Assembly (NCBI RefSeq): GCF_001194135.2
Contig: NC_068981.1
Span: forward strand, 129,476,036-129,533,425
Length of the DNA: 57,390 bases
DNA from: Octopus bimaculoides
Taxonomy: Eukaryota
Reading direction: 5' to 3'
Positions within the stretch are counted from its first letter, which is position 1; each line of letters opens with the position of its first letter. The notes beneath the pieces were generated by a model. The model saw only the letters and a list, made by a program, of their open reading frames with translations, searched no databases and was not told the DNA's origin. Positions 52,490 through 57,390 of the stretch are shown piece after piece. The position numbers and the translations under genes were made by a program.

Positions 52490-52847
52490 GGCTGATGCCA
52501 GTACTGCCTGACTGTCACCCGTGCCGGTGGCACGTAAAAAGCACCACATGAGCATGGTCAATGCCAGTGTCGCCTAACTGGCTCCCATGCCGGTGGCATG
52601 TAAAAAGCACCATATGAGCATGGTTGATGCCAGTGCTACCTGACTGGCCCCGGTGCTGGTGGCATGTAAAACGTACCCGCTACACTCTCAGAGTGGTTGG
52701 CATTAGGAAGGGCATCCAGCTATAGAAACCTTGCCAGATCAGATTGGAGCCTGGTGCAGCCTCCTGGCTTGCCAGTCCTCAGTTAAACCGTCCAACCCAT
52801 GCCAGCATGGAAAGCGGACATTAAACAATGATGATGATGATGATGAT
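52490..52847 (+). mobile_element. RTE-LINE-tail repeat copy with three ~66-bp internal units
   Basis: Units of the form gatgccagtactgcctgactg...gccggtggcacgtaaaaagcacc, then the conserved 3' block and (GAT)n. Confidence 0.8.
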
Positions 52848-53515
52848 TGACTCTATACCAAATCCAAGAAGTAGGATTCCATAACCTGCTCACTGCCTAT
52901 AATGTGGAGAAGTGTGTAGGTTAAAGAACCTGGTTCTTAATTGAAAGTGAGAAGGTAATCCCAATGAGCTTTGTGAGATTGTTGCATTAATCAGTGACAA
53001 ATCAGTATTTGATTCATTGCCTCCTAAAGTAACTTTCCAGCTACTTTATCAGCTGTCTGTAAAATCTGTTTTGTCAGACTCAGTAAAGGCTCCTTTGACA
53101 TTCAATTCTCAGACATGCATTTCTTTAATCCATGTCAGAGAAAGACTACAATGCTGTAGTTTGGTTGAGAAATGTGTAATCTTACAGTTGTTTATCTTAC
53201 AGTTTTTTATTGACTGCTGCTCTCATTTACATTTCTGGTGATGTGAAATAATGATATAGTGTTGGCTGTTTGAGGACTGGCTATGGGTTCCCTCTTATAT
53301 ATAGGTAAAAATAGAGGTGAAATAAACAACACAAATGGCTGAAATTTGATCAGAATTAGTGACTTTGACTTCCACAGTATGTTCATGTCATCCATTGATC
53401 CACTGTTTCGAAAACCACACCCTGTTATAGTGTATCAAGATTGGTTGGTGGCTGGTTATCATCAGCATTAGTGATGTAGCACTATTCTGCAAAGACTTAA
53501 CAGCAGACAGTGAGA

Positions 53516-53548
<33 letters not shown>

Positions 53549-53812
53549 TGTATATAAATCATCAGTATCATTGCTTTTTACATCTATATTATTTTTCCAT
53601 GATGACATAGTTTGGATTTAAACTTCTTCAAGCAGTATTCTATGGTGAGATGTCTTTCCTGTTGCCAACCCTTACATGTTTTCAAGTAAAATACTTTATT
53701 CCATAGCTTATAGGTTAAAACAGAAGAAAATGTATTTATGGTAAGATATTCTATGCTGCAGCTTCATACAACTCAAATGGTTCATTTTAATATTATTAGA
53801 TTATTTGTTTAC

Positions 53813-53902
53813 CTTTATTTTGTTTTCAGATTCTCCGATTTGTGAATTTGCCTCATGTATCTGTTTCTCTAATGAATCAATCTTAGCAGCTGTGTTCTTG
53901 CC
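53813..53902 (-). CDS. EEA1: EEA1 coding exon, GKNTAAKIDSLEKQIHEANSQIGESENKIK
   Basis: Acceptor gtattttgtag, donor GTAAAC, 90 nt, open in phase 0. Confidence 0.85.
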
Positions 53903-55034
53903 CTACAAAATACCAACATATCATTCAAATATTATTAATAAATTTTTCTTTTATTCTTTCCCATTTTTTTCCTAGCAATGCTGATGTGCATCATTTCTAG
54001 TATCACTATTGTACTCAATACATCACTACAATCTTTGGGTGACTGATTAACTTCTCGATTAAGCTTACCTAATTTTGTGCTCTCTGTCTTCAAAATCAAA
54101 CTCTGGTACACCCAAATGAAAAATGTTGCCCTTTATTTACATGAACAGGAAATTTAAGCACAAAGCAATCGAAGATTAACTTTCAATGTTACTTTTATCA
54201 AACATTGATATGGCAATTTTGGTGGTGGTGTGGATATAGTTGATTAAATTGATTACTTTACTCACTTTCAAGAAATAAAAAAAATTCTGCTCTTGGTGGG
54301 ATTTGAACTCAGAATTATTATTTTTCTAATCCTTTAGTCAGGAGGGATTACAGTGCCCATGATCCTTTACAAGGCCTAGAGGATTGGTGGAAGGGAGTGA
54401 AGAAGGCATTCTCAAACTGAAGACTTGGTCCAAATGCTTGCAACAGAGTGGATGTTGCTAAAAGTACCCAAGGACCAGGTGTGAGTGTTAAACTGGATAA
54501 TGGATCAAGTCTACTGTCCAATAGACCATGGCAGGATTTGAACTCAGAATGCAAGGAACTAGAACAAATATCTTACAAATCTGGTCTGTCAATCTACTGC
54601 CTTTGATTGGTACTTTTTTTTTTTATTGGTTCCAAAAGGATGAAAGGGAAGTTGACCTTAATGGGATTTGAACTCAGGGCTCTGAGAGTTGAAACAAATA
54701 TTACGAAGTATTCTACACAACAGTGTAATGACTGCCAATTTACTGTCATGTGGAAGGAGGCAACAAAATATCACAAGGCATTTTGTTTGGTGCTCTACTG
54801 ATTCTGCAATTCACTGTCATTATTTCTTTTTAATAATGATTGCAATAATGAGGGCCGGTCATGGTAATCACAACAAGATTTTAGTACAAAACTGATGCAT
54901 CAAAATAATACTGCAATAAAGCATTTCATCCAACTTTTTACTGCTTCAGACATCCCTTTATTTTTACTGCTCATTTTCTACCCCTAATTTACAGGCTAAC
55001 CCCATTTCAGGACAGCATATGTTAAAAAGTATAC

Positions 55035-55130
55035 CTTCTCTTCTTTTTCCTTTTCAAGGGCTGACTTTGTATTTTTCAGTTCAGAAACTTGTTTCTTCAA
55101 ACTTGAGTTCATATTGTCAAAATTGGAAAT
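55035..55130 (-). CDS. EEA1: EEA1 coding exon, ISNFDNMNSSLKKQVSELKNTKSALEKEKEEK
   Basis: Acceptor ttttttttcctccactccag, donor GTATAC, 96 nt, open, coiled-coil composition. Confidence 0.85.
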
Positions 55131-55962
55131 CTGGAGTGGAGGAAAAAAAAGGTATGTCTATGTGTAAAAGAATGTAGTTTCTAAGAAAGAAAGTAAGAAA
55201 TTTGCTTCATAAGAACTTAACCAAATGCTGAATTTGATAGTCTCATGGTGAACTTTAAAAGAGTAAAAAAAAATGAAAATCTGTTCAACAGACCAGCATG
55301 TAGCTTATGTATGTATTAAATCTGATGCATATCAACATATCTAAATATATTCTAAGCTTGCTATGAAAGAGTTACTGAGTTATAGCATATAATGATAAAT
55401 GAACACAAATTCACCATCTACAGTATGAAGAAGCAACTTCAATATCCCTTTTATTATGTGCACACCAGCTTCTCATGAGGATTCCATACTTTCTATGGTG
55501 TGAGCACAAGAATAAAGAGGAAATTTATGGACACATTCCACCAATCTCTATTACTGTTGTGTAACATTAGGCAGATTTTGCTGGCCACTGTTATTGAGTG
55601 ATATTTGGAGATTTCTGCATCCTAATGGAAGATGAAGATCACTCAACTATATTGATATTATTGGCAGAAACATACAATATGAAATTAAGTACCTACCAAA
55701 GCTAAGAGATGGGAAATGGGAACAGAGATTTGTGGTGCAGCATTATGAAACACATCTTGGGTGCAGCTGCTTGAAAAATAGCTGTTTCAACTCTGTTTGG
55801 TGCACTGAACTTCCAATGTTTGTCATCCTTGTGATAGTTTATTGGCATTATTTTTAGAACAGATACTGATGCAAATTGAAAATGTACTTGAAGGTAATTA
55901 TAAAAAAAACAAAAAAACTAAGCATACAGGTGGTTGATTACATTCAATGTATTTAAACAAAT

Positions 55963-56360
55963 TCTGTGTGGTTAAGAAGCTTGCTATGCAACCATATAGT
56001 TTCAGTTTCAGTCCCTTGATGCAGCACCTTGGGCAAGTGTCTCCTACTATAACCCTGGGCTGATCAATGCCTAGCAAGTGAATTTGGTAGAGGGAAATCG
56101 TATGGAATCCTATCATATGTACATACACACACACTCACACGTGTGTATGTATGCATGTGTGTGTCTTTGTATCTGTGATTGTCCACCCCCACACTGCTTG
56201 ACAACTGGTTTTAGTTTATTTACATCCCTGTAACTTAGCAGTTTGATAAAAAGAGACAGATAGAATACCAGACTTCAAAAAAATAAATAGTGGGGTCAAT
56301 TTGTTTGACCAAACCCCTCCAATGGTGCCCCAACATAGCCACATGGCTGAAACAAGTAAA
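55963..56360 (+). mobile_element. Same SINE family, more diverged copy
   Basis: tgtgtggttaagaagcttgc...gcaccttgggcaagtgtc...gctgaaacaagtaaa. Confidence 0.75.
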
Positions 56361-56977
56361 CACTATAAGGTATATAATTTACTGTGACTGTAAGGTGGAG
56401 AAAAAAAAGAAGTATAAGATAACACTGGATAACACGATTTTTGTCCTTAGGTAGCAACTATCATTTCCTATTTGTTTATCCCTAGAAAGTATGAAAAATG
56501 GCTCATATTTTCTTCAAACTTTGCTTTTCCTACGATATTTATTGAAACTCCAAAGAAACCCTCTCAAGATATGGTTATGATGCTCCACCACTCCTGCTCA
56601 TGATCAGAGATGCACATATTGTCAGCCACTAAGGGACATGCTCAAGTGGTTAAGGTCAAGCAACTGACAAGCAAATCTGTGGTATTGAGCAAAATATTTG
56701 TTATAATGATATTTCTGCTTCAGCAACTCAGCATTGAATGTCCGAAATGTAATGGAAAATAGGTCAGTTTCAAAACATTGATGTCCAGGTCACAAAAGCG
56801 AAATTTGAAGGGAATAATAGTCATTTCCTTTGGTTTCTAGATGGGAGCAAATAGGAAATAACACTTACTGACCAAATACACAAAAAAATAAATAAATAAA
56901 AAAATTATTACAGTGTAACAGGTATAATGATGAGGATGAAGTTGATAAATAAGTGAAATAAAGAATATACACCTAAC

Positions 56978-57025
56978 CTTCTCATTTAATGATTTTTCAG
57001 CTTCTGTTTTTTCTTCAACTAATTT
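56978..57025 (-). CDS. EEA1: EEA1 coding exon (most 5' exon seen in window), KLVEEKTEAEKSLNEK, phase 0/0
   Basis: Acceptor ttttctttatag, donor GTTAGG, 48 nt, coiled-coil composition, in frame with the next exon. Confidence 0.8.
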
Positions 57026-57390
57026 CTATAAAGAAAAGAAAGAAAAGGTCTTCAGGTTCTGGCTATATATAAATGAGAAACCCATTCTAAATTATCTCGC
57101 TGACGTACTACGACGAAATACCCAAGATGCAGATAAGATAGAGATTTTTATTTATTTACGGCCTCAAACATCTCAATACCTTGCGCTTTAGTTTTGTCCC
57201 TTATTATTTATCTTGTTTCTCTCCATGAAATTCAATTGAATTCAGTTGTTGTCTTAAATTCATGCTTATTCATTTTCTAAGCTTCCTAAATTCATGCTAC
57301 GTTATATTCTAATCACCCAGAATTCATTGCTCTTTTAAAAAATTACGATTTATGCATTGTTGTCTCTCAAATATTTAAAATCTACAATTA

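Noticed and set aside
54058-54091. Possible 34-nt EEA1 micro-exon before a GTAAGC donor
   Set aside because: Weak acceptor, frame-shifting length, and the flanking exons already join in frame.

Overview
AT-rich, repeat-dense eukaryotic genomic DNA with six N-gaps. The repeat families and the 'MENELCD...' C2H2 gene style point to an octopus or other coleoid cephalopod (inference). Two protein-coding genes are supported, both on the minus strand. (1) The 3' part of EEA1: 13 GT-AG coding exons from 57025 down to the stop at 32231, 1389 nt, about 462 aa of coiled coil plus a C-terminal FYVE domain; its 5' end lies beyond the window. (2) A single-coding-exon C2H2 zinc-finger gene (16100-16633) with five intact fingers, a decayed sixth, and a probable non-coding first exon near 21.0-21.2 kb. 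A second probable minus-strand first exon lies at about 14979-15130. The rest is mostly transposon-derived: an internally deleted Gypsy LTR element, an ORF1/gag-only retroelement with 90-bp terminal direct repeats, a hAT-derived element with 181-bp inverted termini, Tc1/mariner, RTE and CR1 remnants, Helitron/Helentron-type ends, TTAA MITEs and several SINE families. The most notable unexplained structures are inverted repeats around exons: a 67/69-identical pair bracketing the terminal FYVE exon of EEA1, a ~270-bp pair bracketing the 15-kb first exon, and a head-to-head SINE pair in the zinc-finger intron. All alignments and translations were done by eye; no database search was run.
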